Shown one piece after another: positions 20,192 through 29,612 of a stretch of DNA of 64,000 nt. The notes beneath the pieces were generated by a model. It worked only from the letters and a program-made list of their open reading frames with translations, ran no database searches and had not been told where the DNA came from. This DNA comes from Fibrobacteria bacterium (GTDB lineage: Bacteria; Fibrobacterota; Fibrobacteria; UBA11236): contig JBDSWM010000255.1 of assembly GCA_039926685.1 (NCBI GenBank), forward strand, positions 7,353 to 71,352, in the 5' to 3' direction. How positions within the stretch are numbered: position 1 is the stretch's first letter; each line of letters opens with the position of its first letter. Both the position numbers and the translations under genes were made by a program.

Positions 20192-21166
20192 ATGAAACTG
20201 TATGCCTGTTTGATGCTTGCAGCGACCATGATGGCCGTGGTGGGGTGCAATGAAGATACCGTCAGCATTGGGCCTCCTCCGCCGGCGCCGGAATTCACCT
20301 TGAACCAGAGCGATCCCAATAAAGTCATTTTCACCGTCACGGCGGCCCAGGGATTCCTGGTCAACTGGGATTTCGGCAATGGAACCTTATCCAAAAAAAT
20401 GGTGGATACGGTATACTTCCCTTTCGCGGATAGCTATTCGGTTTCCCTGGCCGTTTCCGGAAAGGGAGGGGCGACCGTAACGAAAAAGCAGGTCGTAATC
20501 GCGCAAACCGATCCGGTCATTTGCGCCAATATCTATTACACCTACATTTCCGGTGGATGCGGGGTGCCGAGCAAAACCTGGATCATCCCGGATGCTGACA
20601 GCGCTTTCGGCAATGGCGGTCCCTCGCCGAAGGATTCCCTGGGAGGCGGCACGAGCAGTTACGACGATAAGATCGTCTATTGGTGGAATTCCACCAAAGC
20701 CGGTAACCCGTCCCTTCCCGATCCCAGGTCGGTAGACGATGAATACATTTTCGCGTTGAAGGGCTTCGTTTACAAGAACGAAAGCCATGGCACTTTCTTC
20801 TTTAATTGGAAGTGGGCCAACAAGCTTTTCGGAGCCACCCAGGCAACCTTCGCCGATACGATTCGGACCTATATCCCCAACAATCCGGCCACATGGAAAT
20901 TGGAAACGGTCCCCGAAGCCGACACCACGGGGGGGAAAAGAGCATATTTCACGGACACGGCAACGGGGAAACGGTTCAACCTCCTCCTGCACTTTTCGAG
21001 CGATAACTACATAGGTTACGGAAGCGGAACCAGCACGTACCAGATACTTAGCATCACTGCGGATAAGATGCTTCTGCGCCATGAATTGGCGGAGCCGGAC
21101 AAACCTTCGGTGACTGGTCCCAATCGCCTGGAATGGCGATACCTGAACCTCGTATCCAAAAAGTGA
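20192..21166 (+). CDS. SusE/SusF-like surface lipoprotein (PKD/Ig-like glycan-binding accessory protein)
   Basis: lipoprotein signal MKLYACLMLAATMMAVVGCNE; position directly after susCD; beta-rich repeats FTVTAAQGFLVNWDFGNGT. Confidence 0.55.
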   Translation: MKLYACLMLAATMMAVVGCNEDTVSIGPPPPAPEFTLNQSDPNKVIFTVTAAQGFLVNWDFGNGTLSKKMVDTVYFPFADSYSVSLAVSGKGGATVTKKQVVIAQTDPVICANIYYTYISGGCGVPSKTWIIPDADSAFGNGGPSPKDSLGGGTSSYDDKIVYWWNSTKAGNPSLPDPRSVDDEYIFALKGFVYKNESHGTFFFNWKWANKLFGATQATFADTIRTYIPNNPATWKLETVPEADTTGGKRAYFTDTATGKRFNLLLHFSSDNYIGYGSGTSTYQILSITADKMLLRHELAEPDKPSVTGPNRLEWRYLNLVSKK

Positions 21167-21306
21167 CAAAAGCGAGCCTATTCAACTCTAAGAGATACCG
21201 ATAAATTAATTCGCCCAGCTTGCCGCACCAAAGCGCCCGTCATCAACACCGAGATAGCAGGCTGGGCAGAACCTGCACTTCACACTTCTGAAAGGACTTT
21301 TGCGCC

Positions 21307-21951
21307 ATGACTTCACTTTTCTCCGATTCCTTTTTGAGCGCCATAGAGCAGGGAATCATGGGTCTACTGCTCATCTTGGGAATCGCCTGCATAGGCGCCT
21401 TCGCTTGGCGCTGGCGCGCCTTAGGTCTTGCCGTCAAGGGCACCACCGGATGGCGTATGGCGCTGGAAGGCAATCTGACCGGCGATAAGGTCTCCGAACC
21501 CCTCCTGCCCTTCGGTTCGGCGCCGGAAAGCGCCTGCGCGGACCGTGTGGCTCGCTTGGGGCTTCGCAATGCCGGCCTTTGCCCCGAGGCACTGGAAAAA
21601 CTGCTGGAAAACCAGGAAATAAAGGAAAAGAAAATCCTCGAGCGCGGAGCCCGGTTCCTGGGTACCGTGGGAGCCAATGCCCCATTCCTGGGCCTCACCG
21701 GCACCGTGCTGGGCATCTTGGCCGCCTTCCGCCGCATGGCTGCACAGGGCGGCAGCGGCGGCGTCGAAGTGATGTCCGCCATTTCCGGCGCCCTGATCGC
21801 CACGGCTACCGGCTTGGTAGTGGCTATTCCGGCCGTGGTGCTCTATAACGTTCTCAAGGCCCGGATCAAGGACACGACGGACGGCTTGGCGGAAATCCGG
21901 GGGCTCCTGCTCGTCCGTAGCCTCCAGGCCGCGGCCCGTGAGGTCATCTGA
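21307..21951 (+). CDS. exbB: MotA/TolQ/ExbB proton-channel family protein
   Basis: GANAPFLGLTGTVLGILAAF and AISGALIATATGLVVAIPAVVLYNVL. Confidence 0.8.
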   Translation: MTSLFSDSFLSAIEQGIMGLLLILGIACIGAFAWRWRALGLAVKGTTGWRMALEGNLTGDKVSEPLLPFGSAPESACADRVARLGLRNAGLCPEALEKLLENQEIKEKKILERGARFLGTVGANAPFLGLTGTVLGILAAFRRMAAQGGSGGVEVMSAISGALIATATGLVVAIPAVVLYNVLKARIKDTTDGLAEIRGLLLVRSLQAAAREVI

Positions 21952-22361
21952 TGGCCGCCGCTGCCGCTTCGGACGATGAGGATGGCATCACCTCCATCAA
22001 TATCACGCCTTTGGTGGACGTGTTCCTGGTGCTGCTCATCCTGGTCATGATAACGTCCACCATGCTTGATCACAGGGAGATCCCCGTCAGCGTGCCCAAG
22101 GCTGCGAATGCGGGCGACGAGGCCCCGAAAGCCTCTGGACTGACCATGGATCTGCAAAAGCGGATTTATCTCGATGGGAGTGAAACGGATTCCGCGGCCC
22201 TGGCCACTGTCCTTCGCGGCAAGGTAGCCGCCGATTCCACCCATCAGGTGCTTATCGCCGCGGACCGCGGCCTGCTCTATGAAGATGTCACCCGCCTTCT
22301 GGACTGGGTGCGCGGTGCGGGCGTGCGCAAGTACTCGCTCAAGGTGTCGAGGGCGGAGTGA
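21951..22361 (+). CDS. exbD: biopolymer transport protein ExbD/TolR
   Basis: INITPLVDVFLVLLILVMI...; translationally coupled, ATGA overlap with exbB. Confidence 0.75.
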   Translation: MAAAAASDDEDGITSINITPLVDVFLVLLILVMITSTMLDHREIPVSVPKAANAGDEAPKASGLTMDLQKRIYLDGSETDSAALATVLRGKVAADSTHQVLIAADRGLLYEDVTRLLDWVRGAGVRKYSLKVSRAE

Positions 22362-23110
22362 TGCCGGTAAGGAGCCGCTTCCGACCAGGATATCCCCGGA
22401 GGCCACGCAAGCCACGCGCGCATGTATTCGCCAACCTGGCGCTCAATCTTCCCACGCCACCGAAGTTAGCTACCCGGCGGACGGAAGTGCTGCTTGTGTC
22501 CCTGATCCTGTTCGGCTTCCTGGCTGGAGCCTTATGGGGACCGCACACCGCAAAGGCCCGGAAAGCGGACGAGATTTTCGTCTTTGAGGAGGAGGCTCCT
22601 CCCCCTCCACCCCCGCCCAAGGCCGAGCCGCCGCCACCGCCCAAGCCGCCGCCGCCACCGCCCAAGGTGAAGGCTCCTCGTGAGCGCCTACCGCCGCCGA
22701 AGCCGCAGTTCGGCCTCGAGGAAAAGGACGCTTCCAAAACCGGCGCGCTGGCAGTCGCAACGGGCAATACCATCATGAAGGAAGCGGAAAAACAGGTGGC
22801 CCCGCCTCCTCCACCGCTCCCTGCGGGCCCGGTGATGATGGATCAAGCGCCGCGCATTCTCAAAGGCAAACCGGCTAAATACCCGTCCCGCGCCCTGGAC
22901 CGCGGCCTGGAAGGCACCGTGGTGGCCCTCATCACCATCGATACGAATGGGCGCGTGACGAATGCCGAGATCGAAAGGAGCGGAGGGCGCGACTTCGACA
23001 ATGCGGTGAATGAATCCATAGGCCAAACGATCTTCCAACCCCAGGTGCGGAATGGCCGCAGGATGCCGGCCCGGTTCCGCCGCCCTTATGTATTCAAGCT
23101 GGACGGCTAG
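22358..23110 (+). CDS. tonB: energy transducer TonB
   Basis: Pro-rich spacer PPPPPPPKAEPPPPPKPPPPPPK and C-terminal TonB domain PAKYPSRALDRGLEGTVVALITIDTNGRVTNAEI; 4-nt overlap with exbD. Confidence 0.75.
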   Translation: MMPVRSRFRPGYPRRPRKPRAHVFANLALNLPTPPKLATRRTEVLLVSLILFGFLAGALWGPHTAKARKADEIFVFEEEAPPPPPPPKAEPPPPPKPPPPPPKVKAPRERLPPPKPQFGLEEKDASKTGALAVATGNTIMKEAEKQVAPPPPPLPAGPVMMDQAPRILKGKPAKYPSRALDRGLEGTVVALITIDTNGRVTNAEIERSGGRDFDNAVNESIGQTIFQPQVRNGRRMPARFRRPYVFKLDG

Positions 23111-23129
23111 TGAGCAATCCCGTGTTCAT

Positions 23130-23708
23130 TTACCGGGTCCTCGGGTTACCGGCCGATAGGCCGGACCTTTTTGAAATCCTATAAAGAACGTGCTTCCGGT
23201 GAGGACTCTCCAAGTCCAGACCCGGGTGTTCAAACTCATAGTCTTTCCTCATCCCAAGACGTTCCATGACTTTATGGGAACGGAAGTTGCCGATGGTTGC
23301 GAAAGCCACCACCTCTTGCAACTTTATGTTTTCGAAAGCGACTTCCAGGGCTTTGGCGGCCGCTTCAGATGCAAATCCTTTTCCCCAGTCCGAGAACATC
23401 AGGCGCCAGCCGATTTCAACGCATGGAGAAAAGGGAAGTTCAGGAATGGGAATATGGAGTCCGGTGAATCCGATGAACCTTCCGCTGGACTTCTCTTCCA
23501 AAGCCCAAAAGCCCCATCCCCTTTCATGGATCAAACCGCTAATCTTATCAGCAACGGCGTCGCTTTCCGACCGGGAAAGAAGGCTGGGGAAATGCTCCAT
23601 GACCCTGGAATCAGAAGACATTTCAGCAAAAGGCTCGCGATCCGAATCCTTCCATTGTCTTAACAGGAGACGCGGGGTTTGATACACTTTTAGGCTTCCC
23701 GATTTCAT
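23130..23708 (-). CDS. GNAT family N-acetyltransferase (RimJ/RimL-like)
   Basis: LLLRQWKDSDREPFAEM...WRLMFSDWGKGFASEAAKALEVAFE; start MKSGSL at 23708 overlaps the stop of the upstream DUF1801 gene by 4 nt. Confidence 0.7.
   Translation of the reverse strand: MKSGSLKVYQTPRLLLRQWKDSDREPFAEMSSDSRVMEHFPSLLSRSESDAVADKISGLIHERGWGFWALEEKSSGRFIGFTGLHIPIPELPFSPCVEIGWRLMFSDWGKGFASEAAAKALEVAFENIKLQEVVAFATIGNFRSHKVMERLGMRKDYEFEHPGLDLESPHRKHVLYRISKRSGLSAGNPRTR
23149..23172 (+). terminator. terminator-like hairpin after tonB in a convergent gap
   Basis: CCGGCC-GATA-GGCCGG followed by TTTTT. Confidence 0.4.
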
Positions 23709-24142
23709 TTCTGCGCTGCAAAACCGGCACATATCGCGGCAGCAAGTATTTCCGCCTTGATGTCTTTTAAAGCCTTGAACTTGATGCAATACCCGGTCAC
23801 GCTCGCCTTGCCTATTTTTTTGCCGAACGTTTTGGCCAGGTACGCCTTGTCATCGATGCCGAGGATATAGACGGAGATTCCGGCCGTGTTCGCGCTGAGG
23901 CCGATTTGATAGAACTCCCGGGTTTTCCCTCCGGCGAGTTTCATGGTATGTAGCCCATATCCGATGTTCGGATTGGAAACGACTTTGCCTTTGTCATCCT
24001 TGCCATCCAGGTACCATAATTCGCATCCCGGCTCTATGGACTGAATGAGGCGGTGCAACTCCTGCAAGTCGCTGCGTTTCGGTTCGGGCTGGCTATCGAT
24101 ATACTTTTTGATTTGCGCTTTTACGTTCATAGGGAAAATCAA
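23705..24142 (-). CDS. DUF1801 (YdhG-like) domain protein
   Basis: KKYIDSQPEPKRSDLQELHRLIQSI...ASVTGYCIKFKALKDIK. Confidence 0.6.
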   Translation of the reverse strand: MIFPMNVKAQIKKYIDSQPEPKRSDLQELHRLIQSIEPGCELWYLDGKDDKGKVVSNPNIGYGLHTMKLAGGKTREFYQIGLSANTAGISVYILGIDDKAYLAKTFGKKIGKASVTGYCIKFKALKDIKAEILAAAICAGFAAQK

Positions 24143-24506
24143 TCTAAGTCGCTTTGCCGATGCCGTAAATGGCGCCAGTCAGCGTCATCCGCGGCGCGCG
24201 GCCTCCTCGGCATCGTGTTCATACCAGATGCAAATCGTGTGTTTGGCCGGGGTCATCATGGTGTCCTCGGTATTTGATATCCATTCCAGATTAGTAGCCC
24301 GCGGGTGTTTGGCAACAAATTCCGGAAAGAAAGCCCAATTGGCGAACACTCAAATCGGCCGCGATGGATGCTTTTTCTACGTGGTCGGCCCTGCGGCGCC
24401 TTGTTTACATCATCCCGCGCTCCGGAATTCTCAAAGTCGTTTTTACCTTAATAGGTAAATCCGTTGCCCATTGTGAACGCGGTTTTACATCGCTAAGGAC
24501 TGATAG

Positions 24507-25505
24507 ATGCTGGCACTATTAAAATCGATTGGCTCTATTGTAAATGAGAACCAGGGCATCGTTGCGATAATACTTTTTGTTGTCGAGAGGCGCTTCACCA
24601 TCATTTCCCGGTTGCTCAAGCAATGGCGAGGGCGGAAAAAGAGTTCCATCACGCCAGATCTTGCGCTCCCGCCAGCGTTGGACTGGGTCGCGAAGCTTAA
24701 TACGGTTTTTAAGAAGGAAATCGAACTCGTATTGTTGAAGGCTGAACCGAAAGTCAGAATTGACGGCGTCCTAGCGCTAACGGTCGAACAGGCAATTCGG
24801 AGAGCGGAAATCAAGGATAAACTGGCTATTAACGATGGGGTCGTCGTGCTGTCGAAAGACCCTATTCTAACGGACACGCCTGTTATTCTAAACGCGCTTA
24901 CGACCGACTTCGCTGCTGTCTGTACTTTGGACGAACTTGGTCGGCGCCCCGTAATGATTAGCGCAAACGCGGTGGTCGTGTGTCCGGATACAAAACAAAT
25001 AGTACTTCACCGACGCTCGAAGGTGGTATCAAGGGACTATCCTGGCGCCCTTCATACCTTTGGCGGTGCGTATATGCCTCAAACCGCCCGCACCAATACC
25101 GAAGATCAATTGAGTCTGGTCCATACGGCTCATCGGGAACTTCGTGAAGAATCCGGTTTTAACTTCGATCTTGAAATACAGCCACCTTTGTTACTTGGGA
25201 GAGAATTGCGAATCGGTTTCCTTCATGTTGCCCTGCTGGGAGTGACCATCTCCAGCAAGTCCCTTCTGCTAGCCAAGCCCAATGGCGAGGGAGAGATTGT
25301 CACCATTGACTGGAACGAATTGCAAAAATTGTTGCTTGACGATTCATGGGTCCCCGCGGGAAGAGCTCAGGTCCTCGCATGGCTTGCGATCGGGGCCCCA
25401 CATAGTGCTGGGCGTGCGACCTTTAATGGCATGAACGGGCAGAAGCTATTCGATATCGTAGTCGAGAATCTCATTAGATCTAAGGCCACGACCATCCGCA
25501 CCTGA
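24507..25505 (+). CDS. membrane-anchored Nudix hydrolase with about 130-aa uncharacterised N-terminal region
   Basis: N-terminal TM helix GIVAIILFVVERRFTII; Nudix box GGAYMPQTARTNTEDQLSLVHTAHRELREESGF matches GX5EX7REUXEEXGU; lower-GC gene. Confidence 0.65.
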   Translation: MLALLKSIGSIVNENQGIVAIILFVVERRFTIISRLLKQWRGRKKSSITPDLALPPALDWVAKLNTVFKKEIELVLLKAEPKVRIDGVLALTVEQAIRRAEIKDKLAINDGVVVLSKDPILTDTPVILNALTTDFAAVCTLDELGRRPVMISANAVVVCPDTKQIVLHRRSKVVSRDYPGALHTFGGAYMPQTARTNTEDQLSLVHTAHRELREESGFNFDLEIQPPLLLGRELRIGFLHVALLGVTISSKSLLLAKPNGEGEIVTIDWNELQKLLLDDSWVPAGRAQVLAWLAIGAPHSAGRATFNGMNGQKLFDIVVENLIRSKATTIRT

Positions 25506-25566
25506 AGTGGTGTCCGAGAGCGGTGATTCTCGTATCTCTCGCTCCAGGCCGGTTGATAAGGCGTTC

Positions 25567-25985
25567 CTAGCCACGCACATAGCGCAAGTGCGTGGCATGA
25601 GGACCCGCCAGGACGGTGTCGAGCCGGAATTGCTTCACGGACTCCTGAATGTTCTCGAAGAGACGCCTTCCGCTGGTGAACAAGATCGGCGCCAAGGCGA
25701 TTTCGAGTTCCTCGATCACACCCATGTCCGCTTCCCCATGATGCTGGCGCCGCTGCGCTCGAAGGTTTTCCGGACCAGATCGTTCACGGGTCCCGTTTCT
25801 CCCCCCGGCCCGAACCCCAGTTTGTCGCAGAAGTACTGCGAGGTGATGAGCCAGTGCATCAGTCCGCCGCCCCACTTCACGCCCCAGTTCTTGTAGTCGG
25901 GCGTTCCGAAATGCTCCAGGGTCATTCCTTCGGGGGACATGTAGCCGTCGAGGCTAAGGGCGATGTTTACGAATACTTTGCTCAT
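25567..25985 (-). pseudogene. frameshifted RibD_C (dihydrofolate reductase family) paralog
   Basis: N-terminal half MSKVFVNIALSLDGYMSPEG... in ORF 25716..26144 and C-terminal half ...LAPILFTSGRRLFENIQES in overlapping ORF 25567..25875 in a different frame. Confidence 0.55.
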
Positions 25986-26031
25986 GATTTCCTCTGACGA
26001 TTCCGGGTATGTAGCAAACATAATCGCCTCG

Positions 26032-26643
26032 ATGGTTGCACGGCTGGAGCAAAAGCTGGAAATGCGGGAGGGATTACCATACACTCTGCAAGCCATGCGC
26101 CGTTTTCCCTCCCGCAAACCGGGTGTCAGCCTTCCCAAACTCATCCTAGCCGCGGGCGCCGGCCTCTATTTCCTTTGGTGGTCCCGCGACCCTTCGCAAG
26201 GGCAGTTCCTGGACATGGTCAACATCCTCGTCCACGAGGCCGGGCATACCGTCTTCCGGCCTTTCGGGGAATACCTATGCGCGGCGGGCGGATCCATGCT
26301 GCAGGTGATCATGCCCGCGGCCTTCGTTGTCCATTTCTTCCGCCGCAAGGATCCGTACGAGGCGGGAATGGTGTTGTTGTGGGTGGGGCAGAGCGCTTTG
26401 AACGTTTCGGTCTACTCGGCGGATGCTGTGAAGATGGAGCTTCCCTTATTGGGTGGGGATGCCGTAACGCATGATTGGAATTACCTGCTGGAAGAGGCGG
26501 GGTTGTTGAAGGAGACCTGGTTGGTGGCGGGGCTTATACGGCTATCCGGAACCTTGGCCATTCTGGCGGGGATGGTGATTGCCCTCACCTACGCAGTGAA
26601 AAAGCCCAGCGACGGCGTAAATTTGCCGGGCGGGATCGTGTAG
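26032..26643 (+). CDS. Peptidase_M50B-like membrane metalloprotease family protein
   Basis: HExxH VHEAGHTVF embedded in hydrophobic segments, at least 4 TM helices; start uncertain between 25963 and 26032. Confidence 0.5.
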   Translation: MVARLEQKLEMREGLPYTLQAMRRFPSRKPGVSLPKLILAAGAGLYFLWWSRDPSQGQFLDMVNILVHEAGHTVFRPFGEYLCAAGGSMLQVIMPAAFVVHFFRRKDPYEAGMVLLWVGQSALNVSVYSADAVKMELPLLGGDAVTHDWNYLLEEAGLLKETWLVAGLIRLSGTLAILAGMVIALTYAVKKPSDGVNLPGGIV

Positions 26644-26660
26644 TTTTGCCGCCCATTCTC

Positions 26661-28358
26661 TCAGGGCTTCTGGGTTTCGTATTCGAGCCGGAGCCTGGCG
26701 GCAGGGAGAACCGAAGCATGAAAACGCACCTCGTCCAGCAGGCCGGAGTAGGGTTTTTCCTGGGCCGAACCCATGAGCGCCTTGCCGATGCGCAGCCCGG
26801 CGGCCGAATCCACCTGGAGCGGTTCCTGCGGCACGCTCTCGGAAACCTTGATCCCATTCATCCAGGTCGACATGGTCTTGGCCGCTGAGTCGTACACCAC
26901 GGCCACGTGAGTCCACTTCCCAAGATAATCCCCCGCGTCGAAGACATTCTGCCAGGGAGCGGTTTCACCGCTCCCTGCGCTATCGAAGGCCCCGAATTGG
27001 GCGCTGGAATCCGCACGCAGAAGCAGGTGCACCCCCGCGAACTTCCTCTGCAATCCGAAATCGAGGATATTGGAACGGCCTTTCTCGAGCCCGGCCTTCA
27101 TCCAAAGGGTGATGGTGAAGCTGGCGTCCCCGGACAGCCCCCGGGGAACGGCGGCGGTGAGGCTCCCCAGATCTCCGGCGAACGATTTGGCGTATCCGGC
27201 CAAGCCTTCCACCCTGGCCGTCCCACTGGCGCCGTCCGCGGTGGCGTGGTTTCCGTTGGCAGTGGCATCGCGGTATGTGTTTGGTTGCTTGGCATCCGGT
27301 TCGGATAGATGGAGGACGGTCGCGTAGGCAGGGGCTGGGAAAACCTTGGCTCCCGAGGATACGGGAACCGCATCCGGCTGGCCCCAATGCATGGTTATCT
27401 CCTGGCCGGGGGCGTTCCAGCGCAGGGAATCGAGGCGCACCCAGATCGCGGCCAGGCTCTCTGTCCCACTCCACCGCTCGATTTCAAAATCCAGGACCTC
27501 GCCCCCGGGACCCGTGAAGCGCAGATCCTTGCCGTCCGGGGCGGCCTGCCGGAAATCGAAGTTAGCGGAGGAAAGCCGCACCAGCAGGGGGAAATCGGTG
27601 ACCGATCCGGAAATACCGGTGTCCGACGAGACGGGTCCCACCTCGATTTTCCGGGCATATGTCCAGGTTTGGAAGGGAGAGGGACTGGTCCTTATGCCCG
27701 AAGTCACCTCCAGGTTTTCCGCCAGGACCAGGGCGTCTTTCGAATTCCCATCCACCACCAGGTTGAGGCTGGGATAGTCGCCGGGAGCAACCGACTCCAG
27801 GAGGACGGTGCCCCGGGTCCTGGCGGCCGAATCGACCCACGCGAAATTCGAGGCTCCGGGGATGTATAGGTAGCCGCTCCTGCCATTGCCCAGGAAATCC
27901 GGCACGGGAATCTCGATTGAGCCGGTAGGCACCACCACTCCGCCCACCGTGGCCTTGGCCTCCATTTCGATCCGGACTCCCGGGACCCGGCAACGGTAGC
28001 CCGAGATAGTGTCGGTGAATTCGAGGTTGTAGGTGCCGGGCCGCAGATCCTGGAACAGATAAGCGCCGCGGCCATCGGTCCTGGTTTCCGGTGGGCGCTT
28101 GGATCCCTCGGGCATGGCGCCGTTGTAGTCCTCCTCGAGGAGGACCACCCGGGCCCCGTTCACGGGCCGGTTTTGTCCGTCGCGCACCATGCCGGCAAGG
28201 CCGTTGGTGGTTTCGGAACCGGAATTTCCGCCGCCTATGCAGCCCGATAGGCAGCCCGATACGAGGGCGCAAAGGGCGGACAAGGCGGAAAAGGCCGACA
28301 CCCTGAGGAGGCTGAAAAGGATCGACCGGACAGGCCGGGGCATGCACCTGTGGCTCAT
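26661..28358 (-). CDS. lipoprotein with carboxypeptidase-regulatory-like, DUF2341 and LamG/ConA-like domains
   Basis: lipobox LVSGCLSGC; CarbopepD_reg-like GARVVLLEEDYNG...TDGRGAYLFQDLRPGTYNL; DUF2341-like SVTDFPLLVRLSSANFDFRQAAPDGKDLRFTG; LamG-like LRIGKALMGSAQEKPYSGLLDEVRF. Confidence 0.65.
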   Translation of the reverse strand: MSHRCMPRPVRSILFSLLRVSAFSALSALCALVSGCLSGCIGGGNSGSETTNGLAGMVRDGQNRPVNGARVVLLEEDYNGAMPEGSKRPPETRTDGRGAYLFQDLRPGTYNLEFTDTISGYRCRVPGVRIEMEAKATVGGVVVPTGSIEIPVPDFLGNGRSGYLYIPGASNFAWVDSAARTRGTVLLESVAPGDYPSLNLVVDGNSKDALVLAENLEVTSGIRTSPSPFQTWTYARKIEVGPVSSDTGISGSVTDFPLLVRLSSANFDFRQAAPDGKDLRFTGPGGEVLDFEIERWSGTESLAAIWVRLDSLRWNAPGQEITMHWGQPDAVPVSSGAKVFPAPAYATVLHLSEPDAKQPNTYRDATANGNHATADGASGTARVEGLAGYAKSFAGDLGSLTAAVPRGLSGDASFTITLWMKAGLEKGRSNILDFGLQRKFAGVHLLLRADSSAQFGAFDSAGSGETAPWQNVFDAGDYLGKWTHVAVVYDSAAKTMSTWMNGIKVSESVPQEPLQVDSAAGLRIGKALMGSAQEKPYSGLLDEVRFHASVLPAARLRLEYETQKP

Positions 28359-29272
28359 TCCTTATCCTCCCCACAATGTTCCTCGCCAGCATGCTCGTCG
28401 CCGGGCGGTTCCGCGTCGTTTCCCTGCTCCGGGGCATTTTCCTTCTCGACCGAGTCCTCCCCGACCAAGGTCAGGGGAAAGGCCTGGAAATTGATTTGGT
28501 AGACGCAATCGGGATCATCGCTATCCGACATCATATGCATGATGGACTGGCGCAGTTCGCGGATGCGCTGCCTGATCTCCTCCAGGTCGCTGAACTTGAT
28601 GGCCACGGTGATCGTGGAGATGTCCCGATGCTCCTTGGGATCGTCGCAAAGGGACTGCCTGGCCAGGTTCAGGCTTTCCAATTGGAAGTTCCTTATGGCA
28701 GTCGACTGCCATTTCTCTCCGGTGGTGAGGGGCGGGCCCACCACCTCGTAGCGCCCGGACTTGTTCCTCTCCATAATCCCCAGGTCCGTCAGCAAGCGGA
28801 TGCTTTCCTCGGCCTCCTCCGCCGTGACGGCCGGATGCAGACGCGAGGCCAGGTCCTGATAATCCCCGGTGAACTCGTAGAAGGTAAGCAGGCTGCGGAT
28901 GGCGCTGTGGTACCACTGCTGGTAATAAACATACTGGCTTATCTCGAGGGGCCGGCTTTCCATGCCCCGGAGGGAGATGAGCTTCTCGAAATGGATCTTG
29001 ATTTCCGCCGGGACCTTGGCACGGCCGTAGTGGACCAGGGCTTCGAAATACTTGGCTTCCGCCTCTCCCAGCTTGCAGAGCTTGGCGACGGCGGGAATGG
29101 CGCGCTCGGGCAGGTGGACCTTTCCCTGGGTCACCTTGACCAGGAAACCCGGGTCGATGCCCAGGAACCGGCCCATGTACCGGTAGGAGAAGAAGGCGTT
29201 CTGCCCCTTGCGGAATTCGTAATAATCCTTTATGTAGGCGGTATAGCTCAGGTATTCGAAGATGTTCAGCAT
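28355..29272 (-). CDS. TIGR02147-family protein (Fibrobacter-type paralogous family, putative HTH/regulatory)
   Basis: MLNIFEYLSYTAYIKDYYEFRKGQNAFFSYRYMGRFLGIDPGFLVKVTQGK...KYFEALVHYGRAK matches the family N-terminus; 4-nt overlap with the downstream lipoprotein gene. Confidence 0.65.
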   Translation of the reverse strand: MLNIFEYLSYTAYIKDYYEFRKGQNAFFSYRYMGRFLGIDPGFLVKVTQGKVHLPERAIPAVAKLCKLGEAEAKYFEALVHYGRAKVPAEIKIHFEKLISLRGMESRPLEISQYVYYQQWYHSAIRSLLTFYEFTGDYQDLASRLHPAVTAEEAEESIRLLTDLGIMERNKSGRYEVVGPPLTTGEKWQSTAIRNFQLESLNLARQSLCDDPKEHRDISTITVAIKFSDLEEIRQRIRELRQSIMHMMSDSDDPDCVYQINFQAFPLTLVGEDSVEKENAPEQGNDAEPPGDEHAGEEHCGEDKE

Positions 29273-29612
29273 GGCAAGGCGTTCGGGAGCCCGGTCGCCT
29301 GCGACCCGGCCGGTCCCCGTTGCGCCGCTCCTCCCACGGTTCAAGTCTGCTAATATACGGCCTCTATGAGGGATCCGTCCCAAATATATGGGCTTGCGAT
29401 CCAGCCGTGGCTGGCGACACCCCAAAAAGCGTTGAGGCGTCAAGCTCAACGCCTTATACTGCGCCCTGGAGGCCGGAATTCCGCACCCAAGGCATTCCTT
29501 GTTGATGAGGCGGGTTCAACGGTTTCTGGCGGGGATCGCTCCCGTCCGCCCGGGGGCAGAGGTAGGTTAAGGTCCCTCCAGCGGCCGAGACAAATCCCAA
29601 AGGGAGAGAAAA

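Noticed and set aside
22339-22776. Gly-rich 145-aa minus-strand ORF
   Set aside because: It is the mirror of the Pro-rich TonB spacer (poly-G from poly-P codons).
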